This document shows positions 24,731-36,993 of a DNA stretch of 64,000 nucleotides, one piece after another. The translations under genes were made by a program, and so were the position numbers. The DNA is taken from NCBI RefSeq assembly GCF_001194135.2, contig NC_069001.1, forward strand, positions 35,385,952 to 35,449,951, given 5' to 3'. The notes below the pieces were generated by a model. That model ran no database searches, was not told the DNA's origin, and saw only the letters and a list, made by a program, of their open reading frames with translations. Source of the stretch: Octopus bimaculoides. Its lineage: Eukaryota. The stretch's first letter is position 1, and each line of letters opens with the position of its first letter.

Positions 24731-25796
24731 CCAGTCAGTGAATCCTGGGCTCATTTCATTTCGCAAAAGCTTCCTGTTTTGCCACCTGCTGCATCTTGTA
24801 ATCTTCTTCAAAGAGTTTGACTTTGAGATAAAACTAGGAATCATTATTGGTTTCAAATTTTGGCACAAGGCCAGCAACTTTTAGGTGAGTGAGGTAAGTC
24901 AGTTATGTCAACCTCAGTGCTTAACTGGTACTTTTTTTTATCGACTCCAGAAGGATGAAAGACAAAGCACTACAAAGGGGTGACAAGCTTGGTTCAGTGA
25001 ACCAAGAAGAAAAAACCTTGGACAGTTAGTGATAACCGAAAAACTTGACCCCTTGCCTACCATGAGATCCCCATTTGGGGACCTGCTAAAAACAGTCTCA
25101 CTGCCGGCTGTTCGTTGTATCTCAAGTGAAATGCTTCTGTCCCTTGCATTTGCAGAGGTGTGTTTAACAATATTTAGTAGTTAAAGTTTATCATTATTAG
25201 CTCTGGCTAATTCGAGAGGACATTTTATGTTATAAATCACAATTTTTGAACTACAAAAATATTGACTGTTTTGAAAACGTTTTTTTTTTTTTCTTTTGTA
25301 TTTCCCATTTATATCATTCATTGATATTTCATACACATTTGCATTTGATACTATCGTTTCAAAAAAACTGAAATGTTTATTATTGCAATTGAACAGAAAA
25401 GAATAAATATGCTTTTTTTTTTTTTCAACAATCCTCATTTGGGTCTTTTCTAAAATTTATGATAATTTCCAAAATAATTCACATAGGAAGAAAATTTGAA
25501 TACTTTATATTATTCTAACTCCTAAGACATCTGGCATAGCCAAAAATATATGAATTAAAAATTTGCGAGTTAAGGGGTTAAGGAAGAAACCAGAGGAGAG
25601 ACACAGAGAGAGGGAAGATGCTTGATGATCTTACAAGCTGTCCTTTAATGGATCAGCTTACCATCATGCTAAGGATGACATAAGAGGGCCATGATTGCTG
25701 AGGTTTCTAGGCATCACATTTGAAGAGACAGAGCAGCTAATGGCAATCACCGGTTTCAAAATAGTGTTTTGTTTTTTTAATAAACACATTCAAGTG

Positions 25797-26170
25797 CAGG
25801 CATGGCTGTGTGGTAAAAAGGTTTGCTTGCCAATCATATGGTTCCAGGTTCAGTCCCACTGTATGGCACCTTGGGCAAGTGTCTAGCCTTGGGCTGACCA
25901 AATCCTTGTGAGCGGAGTTGATAAACAGGAACTCAGAAAATCCCATCGTATATACACGTCTGTGTGTGCTTGTCCCCACCATTGCTTGACAACCAGTGTC
26001 GGTGTGTTTACATCCCTGTAAACAGTATAAGAAACCAATAGAATAAATACCACACTTTACAAAAACAAAAAAGTTCTGGGGTTGATTCTTTCAACTAAAA
26101 TTCTTCAAGGTGGTGCCCCAGCATGGCAACAGTCTTATGACTGAAACAAGTAGAATATGAAAGATTCTAA
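25797..26170 (+). mobile_element. SINE family B, full-length (tRNA head, CORE-like segment, internal TA/TG microsatellite)
   Basis: Head GGCATGGCTGTGTGG...GGTTCAGTCCC, CORE-like GGCACCTTGGGCAAGTGTC, 3' GGTGCCCCAGCATGGC...GACTGAAACAAG. Confidence 0.88.
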
Positions 26171-26820
26171 CACAATTTTTGTTTGTTTTAATATTTTATC
26201 AAAGTTAGGGTAACAGAAAGGGCTTTCTTAACATTATAAACCCCTAAGCAAAGCCCTGCCCCAGGGGCTGTAGGGTTTATTTATCAGCAGCAAACCACAT
26301 TTCACTGGGTTTTTATTATACTGACCCCAGAAAGACAAGACAAAGACAATTCTGGCAGGATTTGAACTCCGGAAAGAACCAGAAGTGATTAAATATTGCA
26401 ACACATCTTTAGAGATAAATTCTCTACAAATTCCGACAAACTGCCATTGTTGTTATTACATTCATTATAATAGTGGTGGAATGGTTGTTAAAGCATTGGA
26501 ATAATACAAAGAAACCAAAAAAAAAAAAAATACCAAAAGATCAAAATAAGAAGAAAAAAAAGTAATTCTGTGCTGCTGTTATTTACCAAAGACAGTTATA
26601 TAATGTCTAACGTCTGCAAGTGTGACTGATTGGTTTATACTTAGTCTCTGCTGCAAAGAACTGACAAGAAGAAGATGATGAAGAATATTGGGGGAATAGA
26701 AAGAAAGAAAAAAAGGAAGGAAGGAAGGAAGACAGAGCATTGGTGCAAACATTTTGTTTGTGTAGCAGCTTGCACTATAATGGTTAAATGATGTTGGTTT
26801 ATCACAAAATGACGCAGAGA

Positions 26821-26864
<44 letters not shown>

Positions 26865-27037
26865 GTGTGTGTGTGTATATATATATATACGTGTATGTAT
26901 GTATATGTGTGTGTGTGCTTGTATGCATACGTATATATATGTGTAGATATATGTGTAGATATATATGTGTACATATGTATATATATGTATATATANNNNN
27001 NNNNNGGGAGCAAATTCAAATGCAATTTGCTGTTTTA

Positions 27038-27086
<49 letters not shown>

Positions 27087-27157
27087 ATGTATGTATATAT
27101 GTACATATGTTCGTATGCATATATGTATATGATCGTATATATATATATACAAACATA

Positions 27158-27188
<31 letters not shown>

Positions 27189-27599
27189 GAGCGTTTGTGT
27201 TTGTGTGTTTACATATACAGTACAAGTGTGTATGTATACATATGTATGTGCATATGTGTGTGTGTGGTTGGTTAAATATAACATAGAGCCATAGCTCAGA
27301 TATCATGGACATTTATCACAGATTACCAATAGCTTACACATTTCACTTCACACTTTACAATGTAAAAACAACCTCCACCACCACCCCAACCATTTCTTTT
27401 CATTCTGATGGGGTTTGCATCTGTATTCAGCTCTAAGTCTTCAGATGCTGATAGAGTTTAAACAGGTTTTACACTAAGAGATAGGTCTTTAAAAGGATGC
27501 TATAGAAATGAAGTAGCTTGCCGATAGATAATACTGATTGCTATATATATACATACATATATAAACCTGTGATTTCTTTTTCCAAGTCATCTTCAACTC

Positions 27600-28320
27600 T
27601 TCCATCATCATTATAATCACCATCATCATTATGACTGCTACTAACATCATCGTCATCATCATCATCATCATCACCATCGTCTTTGAAATCTTCGTTTATG
27701 TTCCTCATCCGAATCATTGCAGTTATCATCATCATCGTCGTCGTCGTCGTCGTCATCATCATCATCACCTTGATCATCAGTGTTACCACCACTGTGATCA
27801 TTGTCGTTATTATTTCCGCCCCCACCACCACCACCATCTCATACCCATCTCTGCTATCTTCACCTTCATAACCACCTCCGCCACCGTCGTCATTGTAACC
27901 ACCCCCAGCTTTTTCACCACCATTATCACCATGAATGTCATCATCACTGTCACCACCAGCATTATCAACCATACCACTCTCTTCATCATCATCATCATCA
28001 CCACCATCATCATTCTCCTCTGCCTCTACCACTGTCATCAGATCCATCACCCTCATAGCAGTTGTTGTTGTTGTCCCCACCACCACTACCACTACCACCG
28101 TCATCACCATCATCATTGTAAGTGTCACCACATCACAACCACCCACCTTCAACACACCCACCACCACATCACGCCCACCACCACCACCACTACCACCACC
28201 CGCCATCAACACACCCACCACCACCACTACCATCGTCATCATCATCATATCACCACATCACGACCACCACCAACACTGCCACAACCACCACCACTACCAC
28301 CACCAACACCACCATCTTCA
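27600..28320. repeat. Cryptic (CAT/CAC/CCA) trinucleotide tract
   Basis: Imperfect triplet repeats; open frames on both strands are artefacts of this composition. Confidence 0.8.
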
Positions 28321-28481
28321 GTATTCTAAGTCCTTATCGTTTGCATTGTTTACCATCTTCAGAAGTGCCACAAGAGACACTAGTACTCTTCTTGCTGTTT
28401 ATGTGACTTTTTCGCATTAAATGTCATCACAATTGGCGTTCAGTCTTATTTCACTATTTCCCTTATCATTATTATTATTAA

Positions 28482-28524
<43 letters not shown>

Positions 28525-28526
<2 letters not shown>

Positions 28527-28735
28527 AGGCAGTGAGCTGGCAGAATCATTAGCACGCCAGGCGAAATGCTTAACGGTGTTTCACTCATTGTTACATACTG
28601 AGTTCAAATTCCACCGAGGTGGAGCTTTAGGTGTTTTCGCTCAATAAACACTCACAATGCCCGGTCTGGGAATCGAAACCGCGATCCTATGACCGCAAGT
28701 CTGCTGCCCTAACCACTGGGCCATTGCCCCTCCAC
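28525..28735. mobile_element. Chimera: SINE A head (+, 28525-28620) fused to a SINE C head (-, 28621-28735)
   Basis: The family A sequence ends at CCGAGGT and continues directly as the reverse complement of 36502-36615. Confidence 0.8.
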
Positions 28736-29379
28736 ATCGTATCAGTAACCCACAGTAAATTCCAAGCCGTATCTCTCTCCCCCAGTATTATATTATTGCT
28801 GCTGGTATCTATAAAGGGCCAACACAATTAGTCTTTGTGTGATAATAAAATCTTCTGTTCATCCAGATACCTTTACACACAGCCCAAGGAATATATCTCC
28901 ATTCATTAACTCAACCAGCTACCACGGCAGCCAACAACAATACTCGCATAACAAAATTAATTACCTCACTGTCTCTAGATCTAATTTTTATAGGTTGTTA
29001 TTGGGGTGGTGCCAGGGATAATTAAGAACAGATATTAAGGCAAAGATCAGGCTATAATATATGCTGTTTGTGTTAGGAAATCGACCATTTAGGAGAGCGT
29101 TTTTTTTTTATTTATTCTGGTGCCATTCTTGTTTTCCTAACAATTTCCATTATCACAATTTATCTCCATTATAAAACATTATTCTAGCATTTACTTATTT
29201 ATTTATTTATATTAGTTTTTTTTTTGTTTTGTTTTTTTTACCAAAAGGATTGTTGATAGAAAATTTGTTGACAATGTTGCTCGACAGCTCCATTTAGAGA
29301 AGGTCAGTTAGGCAGGACAAGGAACTACCATACACAAACACAGGATAAAATGTTGAACAATTTACAACTGTTTAAGCTT

Positions 29380-30338
29380 CAACCATTTTGTTATCACACT
29401 CCTGTTGAAATGTAGTCTTTGGTTTAATTGATCTTACAAATAATGAAGAAATTACTAAACTACCTTTATTATTATTAATCTAGTGTTTGTAATATAAATT
29501 AACATGAAATTTTGATGGAATGTTTTAAAGATTACTTTAACCTTTTTGTTACCATATTTCTGTTGAAATACACTGCCTTTTGGTTAAATAATTTGTGTGA
29601 GTAATTAAGCAATTAGTAAAATAATTTTTGTCATTATTAAGTTGGTGTCTGAAACATAAATCAGCATGAAATTTTGATAGAATCTTTTAATTTATATCAC
29701 TTTAATCCTTTTTGGTATCATATTCCTGTCTTTGCTTCAAAAAATTTTATGATTAATGAAAAACTTAGTAAACTAACTTTCCTTATCATTAGCCTGCTGT
29801 TTGGAATAAAAATTAGCATGAAATTTTTATGAAAGGCTTTAATTTAGATCACTCTAACCATTTTGTTGCCATATCTCTGCCGAAATACATTATCTTTTGG
29901 TTAAATTAATTGTGCTAGTAATTACAAATTGAGTAAACTAACTTTGTCGTTATTAATCTGGTAAATCAACCTGAAACTATGACGAAGGTTTTTAATTTAA
30001 ATCACAGTTAAACCCATAAACTGCTGAGATTTTGCTGTATGGAACACGAACTGCTGAGCCTATTTTGGGTAAATCTATCACTCGAAAAAATACTCAGTGT
30101 TTCTTAACACCTTTCTGTGATTGGCTACACTGTTTCTGGGGTGAAAGGGTATCGTGTGCATACATTATACGTCATCAAAATTAGGTCAGATCATGCCCTA
30201 CTTCCGTGGCCATAAACGTGGTCTGTCGCACTGTCGCGTTGGCCACTGAGGTGGCCTATCGCAGTTTATGGGTTAAAGCAAGAAGCTTTCTGCCACAGAA
30301 CCAGACGTGGTCTCAGACAGGTTGGCCTCAAAAGGGTG
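29380..30338. mobile_element. M1 MITE with its 5' ~155 bp amplified into 4 tandem units, one 3' end, and a nested M3 MITE
   Basis: Unit starts at ~29380, 29539, 29703, 29856. The only M1 3' end (…GGTCTCAGACAGGTTGGCCTCAAAAGGG) is at 30277-30338. Confidence 0.8.
30013..30272. mobile_element. piggyBac-type MITE family M3
   Basis: Perfect 12-bp TIR CCCATAAACTGC / GCAGTTTATGGG with TTAA(A) flanks. Confidence 0.85.
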
Positions 30339-30489
30339 AACCGGATAAATGGAAAATGGTGATAAGTGTTTATTCCTAAGTCGGGACGAATTCTTTTGAT
30401 GGAATATTCTGGTGAAATGCATAGCCTTTGCTTTAATTCATTTTAAAAAGAAGAATTTGATAAAAAAAAATCTTTTTTTAATTATTTTT

Positions 30490-30724
30490 GTATTCTTTTA
30501 CTTGTTCCAGTCATTTGACTGTGGCCATGCTGGAGCACCGCCTTTAGTCGAACAAATTGATTCTAGGACTTATTCTTTTGTATGCCTAGTACTTATTCTA
30601 TCGGTCGCTTTTGCCGAACCGCTAAGTTATGGGGATGTAAACACACCAACATCAGTTGTCAAGCGATGGTGGTGGGGACAAATATAGACATACAAATACA
30701 CACACACACATATATGTATGTATG

Positions 30725-30757
<33 letters not shown>

Positions 30758-30885
30758 ATATATATATGTATGTATATATATATATATATATATATACAAC
30801 AGGCTTCTTTCAGTTTCCATTTACCAAATCCACTCACAAGGTTTTGGTCAGTCGGAGGTTGTAGTAGAAGGCGCTTGCCCAAGGT
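30490..30885 (-). mobile_element. SINE family B, 5'-truncated, with expanded internal microsatellite
   Basis: Reverse complement of the family B body and tail. Confidence 0.88.
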
Positions 30886-31814
30886 GCCATTCCATTTTCT
30901 ATCATTTATCATGTAAACATGGAAAAGCGAATGTTAAATCAACAATGATGACCAACATCAGAGAGTCATGCAAAGCAAATTGGCGTCAGTGGAATACAAA
31001 CTCAAACCATGAAGGGATTTTAGTTCCGTATCACCACTGCCACCACCACCACCACCATTACCCTTGTTTCTGCTATTCCACCATACTCCACGTTCAGCAA
31101 TTCCTGTGGTTTCACTAACCACAAACGGTGAACCTGTTGTGACCAGAACCTCTCAAATAATTAAGTTAGATATGATATTTCGGTAATCCGATTCATGCGT
31201 CCACTCCTGGCTTTTTTTAATTTAGAAGACAGGAAACATTTAGGAAATTATGTGATAGACACCAGTTTGTCTCCTGTTACAATAAGAGATAAAAAGCAAC
31301 TATTTGAATAATTGAGGCCATTATCTTTTCAATTATTAGTATTATTTGTGTAGTGTGAGGCCAGCTAGTATTCATTATTAAAGAGGTGGGGTGGAGGGGG
31401 AGCATTGATCAAAAGTTTGTCGTGTCTTTTTTATGTTGATTAAGTATTTATTCCTTCATGTATTTGTCAGATCACACATAAATTTAGCCTACATAATGAG
31501 TAGCTTCATACTTCCATCACTTTCCAAGTATTCTCTAACTCCCTTTTCTCCACCTTCTCCCCCCTCTCTCTCTCGATATATATATATAGATAGATAGATA
31601 GATAGATAGATAGATGTGTACATAGAGAGAGAGACGGAGAAAAGTGAATCGAGAGAGTGATGGGCGTATGAAGTTATTCATTACATAGGCTAATATACAT
31701 ATATACATACATAGATTTGGTGATATATATGTGTGTGTGTGTGTATGTGTGTTGTGCTTGAGAAGAAGACCCATCAAGCCAAGTAAAATCACAGGTGTGG
31801 CAGATACTGGTGCA

Positions 31815-32404
31815 GTTCCAGAGCGGATGATAGAAGGCAGAACAACATTGTTAATGAAAGAGGGCACTGCGGTTGAGGTCAAAGGGCAATGAGGTTGGCA
31901 GTTACCGAACCCATTGCTTGTTTTAACCTCCTATGGGAAGTATTAACAGGTACCCTCACAGGATAAATATATACATTCCTTGTGGAAAATAATCTTCTGC
32001 CAGTAGAACAAAAGGGATGCCGAAAAGGTTCCAAGGTCACCAAAGACCACCTTGTGATAGACGAGGTTATAATGAAGAACTGTAAACAGTACCAAAAAAT
32101 CTTATGCATGGGTTGAATAGAGTTCAAAAAGGCTAACGATATGTTATTGCATTTGTGGATTTTGGAAACACTCAACATGTGCAGAATAGCTGAGAACGTG
32201 TGTGCACTGGTTAACAACAGCATGTCTAGTTGGAAAACGCATCTTTCCTGTAACAACCAGCATTAAGCCGAGGTAACAATCAAACAAAGTATCTTCCAAG
32301 GAGATTCTTGTTCACCTCTGTTTTTCGTTATAGCCTTGATCCCACTTTCTGTAGTCCCATGCAAAATCAGCATGCACTATGAGCTGAAAAAGAATGGACC
32401 TCGG
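31815..32404 (+). pseudogene. Non-LTR retrotransposon reverse-transcriptase fragment, R4/Dong-like (RLE-type)
   Basis: Manual translation with frameshifts: PERMIEGRTTLLMK..KGNEVGSYRPIACFNLLWEVLTG..LPVEQKGCRKGSKVTKDHLVID..G*IEFKKANDMLLHLWI..SIFQGDSCSPLFFVIALIPLS. These are RT domains 0-4 with the EQKGC and QGDSLSP motifs typical of the R4 clade. Confidence 0.85.
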
Positions 32405-32610
32405 TAGAATGGAGTTTAAGTCGATTACATTGACCCCAGTGTTCAACTGGTCCTCATTTTATCGACCCCAGTCCTCCCCCACCCCCCAAAAAAATGTACG
32501 AAAAGCAATGTCAACCTCAGCAGGGTTTGAACCCAGAACTTAAAGCCAGAAGAAATGCTGCGAAACATTCTGTCTGAAATGGTAACGATCTGTCAGCTCA
32601 CCACCTGTGG
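32405..32610 (-). mobile_element. SINE family A copy truncating the RT fragment
   Basis: GTCGATTACATTGACCCCAGTGTTCAACTGG...TTTGAACCCAGAAC reverse core. Confidence 0.75.
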
Positions 32611-33171
32611 GTATATGTTTTTATGATTTATTGGCATTTCTGCCAATAAATTATTATAATAATAATAATAATAATAATATATATGCATGCACATATATGT
32701 ATGTGTTTATATGCAATTGCTGTTCACACCAAAATGCATGCAAGCACAATGAGTAAGCATATATAAATATCTTTGAATGTATGTATATTTTGATGTATAC
32801 TTCAGCTAGACATATGTACAATCACGTATCCATAAAAATATAGATACACGTAGAGATATAGACATTATTTATCGATTTGCCAAGCGTAGCATGCGCCTTC
32901 TTAAGTCTTTCTTTTTCTCCCTCCAGGTATCAGGGTGGAGGGAATATAACTATAATAACTCCCCTAAATATGAGCACTTACGCTGTTTACCACGGTGTTA
33001 CTAAGGATAGATACTTTTATTATTGATCCCTGAGGGCTAAAAGGTTGAGTCAGCCTGAAGTTAACCTCACAGGAATTATAACATGGAATGAAGGAGAAAA
33101 CCCAGGAACTCGGAAGGCATTTTACATAAATGTATTATGTGCATATATATAAATGTGTGTATGTGTGACTG

Positions 33172-33211
<40 letters not shown>

Positions 33212-33544
33212 TTTAGGTATATACATATAAAATACATTATATATACACATATATTTAGGTATATACATATAAAATACATTATATATACATATATATATAA
33301 TACATCATATAAACATATATATAATGCAATGTATATATACACACACACTCACATACATATATAGAAAATGCATTATATATATATATATAATACATGGTAT
33401 ATCCATTTATAATACGTTATGGTAGAGTTAGCAGTTGGAATAACCGTCTAAGGGATAAGGGCTGTTAGGTAGGATAAAGTTTTGTATTAAAAAACATAAT
33501 AATTGATGGCAATCAAGATTTCTCCATTTTCTGCTTAATTTAAA

Positions 33545-33579
<35 letters not shown>

Positions 33580-34013
33580 TTGTGAGTGTCATTCTCATGC
33601 TAATGGTACCATTCATTTCCAAACTTCCATGAAAACATGTCTGGCCATGGGGAAAATGTTACCTTGCTTGGAGAGAGGTCAGGATTAGTGACAGGAATGT
33701 GATATCCAGTCATAGAAAATCTACCTCACAGAACTCTGTCTGATCTGCAGAAGCATGGGAAAGTGGACATGAAAACAGAGTTGATGCCAATGATGATGGA
33801 TATATTTCTATCTTTGTGTGTGTGCGTGTGTTCACAGGCCTCTCGACTACATCTTCTTAAATAGGTGTCATTACCATCAGTTAAAGGGCCACGTCACTTC
33901 TATTTATAAATAGAACAACTATTTATGGTTCATTTGTTTGTTATTTCAATAAATTTACCGCTAAACTAACTTTTGCCAAACTTTGCCGTTCAGTCAAAAA
34001 TTTCTTTTCTCTT

Positions 34014-34072
<59 letters not shown>

Positions 34073-34555
34073 TCCATCCAAAGCAAATTTCCGACACGAT
34101 TAAGCTTTGCTTAACAACACTGGAAAGCCGATCGGAAATATAATAGACATTATTATACTCCGAAAATATCATTCTGCTTTTTGCATCAAAGATGTTATTA
34201 GAATATTGTTTCTAAATTGAGATTGTATGCAAAATAGTTTATAAAAAAGGTAAATGAATACAAATAGATTAATATACATGAAACAGAATATATTCATGTT
34301 TGTGTACATTTATATGCATACATATATATTCTAGTCAGTGAACTGGTAGATCACCAAAGAAAATGGCTAGTGGCATTTTGTCTGTCCTTGAGTTCATATT
34401 CCTCCAAGACTGACTTTGTCTTTCATCCTTTTGGGGTTGATGGATTAAATACCAGTTGAACACTGGGGTCCATGTAATAAACTAGCTTCTTCCTGAAAAG
34501 TTCAGACCCTGGGGTTATAGTGAAAAAGATATATTATATATACATATGTTTTATA

Positions 34556-34616
<61 letters not shown>

Positions 34617-34850
34617 NNNNNNNNNNNNNNNNNNNNNNNNNNNNNNNNNNNNNNNNNNNNNNNNNNNNNNNNNNNNNNNNNNNNNNNNNNNNNNNNNNNN
34701 NNNNNNNNNNNNNNNNNNNNNNNNNNNNNNNNNNNNNNNNNNNNNNNNNNNNNNNNNNNNNNNNNNNNNNNNNNNNNNNNNNNNNNNNNNNNNNNNNNNN
34801 NNNNNNNNNNNNNNNNNNNNNNNNNNNNNNNNNNNNNNNNNNNNNNNNNN

Positions 34851-34884
<34 letters not shown>

Positions 34885-35504
34885 GACAGGCTTCTTTCAG
34901 TTTCCATCTACCAAATCCCCTCACAATGGAATCAGTTTGGTCAACTAAATTCTTGAAAGCAGTGCTCCAGCATGGCAGTAGTAACTGAAACAAATAAAAA
35001 TAAAATCAAAGTAAAAAAAAAATCAAACAATAAAAGAAAAAAATATGAAAATAATTACTACAAATAAAATACTACAAAATGTAAACAAATAAAGAAAATT
35101 CAACCTAAATGACAGAATTAAAACAATTTCTCCTCATCTTCATTCCAGCCTGATAGAAATTGTCTCCTTTATATCAAATTCCAGTCTGGCCCAATCCAAT
35201 TCTGCTCGTCAGCCTAACGAGCCTTTGGTAGTTACTGATTGTAGCTAACTGCTTTAACTAAATCGAATCTTGTGTTACTATTAAACTCCCTTTATTTCAA
35301 TTAAGTTAATTTCTTGAACACAATGAAATGGAATAACCAATTTCTGACTCTCTGCTGATCAGCTGAATGGAAGGAAAAATCAATTATTTCCAAAGACTCC
35401 AAACAATTCTTTAGAAATACTGAAGAATCTTTTGGTACTTTGACTTTGCATGGTTTTATAAAGATGACTCTGAGAGTGAGTGGAAATAGATGCCTATGTA
35501 TTAC

Positions 35505-35915
35505 TTTTTTATTCTTTTACTTGTTTCAGTCTTTTGGTTGGGGCCATGCTGGAGCACCACCTTAGTGGGGTTTTTTTGGTTGAAGAAATTTAACCCAGGA
35601 CTCATTCTTTTATAAGTTTAGTACTTATTCTATTGGTCTCTTTTTGCCGAATTGCTAAGTTACGGGGACATAAACACACCAGCATCATTTGCCAAGCAAT
35701 GATGGCGGGCCAAATACAGGCACAAAGACACACAAATATATTTATATATATATATGATGAGCTTCTTTCAGTTTCCGTCTACCAAGTCCACTCACAAGGT
35801 TTTGGTCAGCACGAGGCTGTAGTAGAAGACACTTGCCCAAGGTGCCATGCTGCAGGACTGAACCTGGAACCATGTGGTTGGCAAGCAAGCTTCTTATGAC
35901 ACAGCCACACCTTTC
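35505..35915 (-). mobile_element. SINE family B, full-length
   Basis: From tail TTATTCTTTTACTTGTTTCAGTC to head ACACAGCCACACC. Confidence 0.88.
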
Positions 35916-36019
35916 TTTTATCATTTCTTTATTTCAGTCATTGTGCTGTGTCCCTGCAGTGGCACCGTGCTGAGGAGTTTAGCTAAAATAACAGACCCAC
36001 TCACCCCACCACCACCACT

Positions 36020-36235
36020 ACTTATTATTTTTTTCTACCCAAAATTTCTGGGGAGGGGGCCAGTCAATTAGATCAACCCCAGTATGCATCTGATACTTAA
36101 TTTATCGACCCTGGAAGGATGAAAGGCAAAGTCAACATCGGCGGAATTTGAACTCAGAATGTAGTAAAGACAGACGAAATATATCGCTAAGCATTTCACC
36201 AGGTGTGCTAACATTTCCACCAGCTCACCACCTCC
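36020..36235 (-). mobile_element. SINE family A, near full-length
   Basis: Reverse core plus head CCAGCTCACCACC. Confidence 0.85.
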
Positions 36236-36341
36236 CCCACTGCTTATTATTAAAACATCATATTCTACCTGTCACTTTTTCTAAAATGCTAACTTATAGG
36301 GACATTGTCAAGCAGAGGTGGGGGATAAACATATAGACACA

Positions 36342-36376
<35 letters not shown>

Positions 36377-36377
36377 C

Positions 36378-36423
<46 letters not shown>

Positions 36424-36501
36424 ATAAAAAAAAATAGATCGACAGATGGTTGTTACTGGCACCAAAACATTTGTAGGTTAGTTATACAGATGTGTGTGTG
36501 T

Positions 36502-36840
36502 GGAGGCGCAATAGCCCAGTGGTTAGGACAGCGGACTCGCGGTCATAGGATCGCAGTTTCGATTCCTAGACCGGGTGTTGTGAGTGTTTATTGAGCGAAA
36601 ACACCTAAAGCTCCACGAGGTTCCGGCAGGGGATGGTGGCGAACCCTGCTGTACTCTTCCAACACGACTTTCTCTCACTCTTACTTCCTGTCACACTGTG
36701 TCACGTTGAATATCCCCGAGAACTACATTAAGGGTACACGTGTCTGTGGAGTGCTCAGCCACTTGCACATTAATTTCACGAGCAGGCTGTTCTGTTGAAC
36801 TGGAACCCTCGACGTCGTAACCGACGGAGTGTCAACAACA
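36502..36840 (+). mobile_element. SINE family C, full-length, tRNA-derived, with 12-bp TSD
   Basis: A box TAGCCCAGTGG, B box GTTTCGATTCC, (CAA)n tail. TSD ATACAGATGTGT at 36484-36495 and 36840-36851. Confidence 0.88.
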
Positions 36841-36907
36841 TACAGATGTGTATATAAACATAAAAGAGGTAAAAATAAAGCTCATTGTAGTTCTGCATAC
36901 AGTACAA

Positions 36908-36993
36908 CAGAGATGCAGAGAGAGGTAATATAAGATGTGCATGATCAGTGCACTTGTCCTGCACATCTTATGTTAACTCTCTCTGCATCTCTG
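36908..36993. repeat. Near-perfect inverted repeat: 37-bp arms (34/37 complementary), 12-nt loop
   Basis: CAGAGATGCAGAGAGAGGTAATATAAGATGTGCATGA (36908-36944) vs TCCTGCACATCTTATGTTAACTCTCTCTGCATCTCTG (36957-36993). Confidence 0.95.

Noticed and set aside
27541-28420. 230-aa Gly/Asp- or His/Thr-rich ORFs
   Set aside because: Cryptic trinucleotide repeats, open on both strands, with no splice signals or domain.
30290-30370. Exon-like reading NQTWSQTGWPQKGEPDKWKM after a CAG
   Set aside because: Most of it is the 3' terminus of the M1 MITE.
32927-33026. Strong acceptor plus YQGGGNITIITPLNMSTYAVYHGVTKDRYFYY*
   Set aside because: The 3' part and stop overlap a degenerate SINE A remnant (GATACTTTTATTATTGATCCC..AAAGG), and two frames are equally open. 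Not supportable.
36502-36580. tRNA-like sequence with A and B boxes
   Set aside because: No proper cloverleaf or acceptor stem; it is the head of a TSD-flanked SINE. No true tRNA or rRNA gene was seen in the window.
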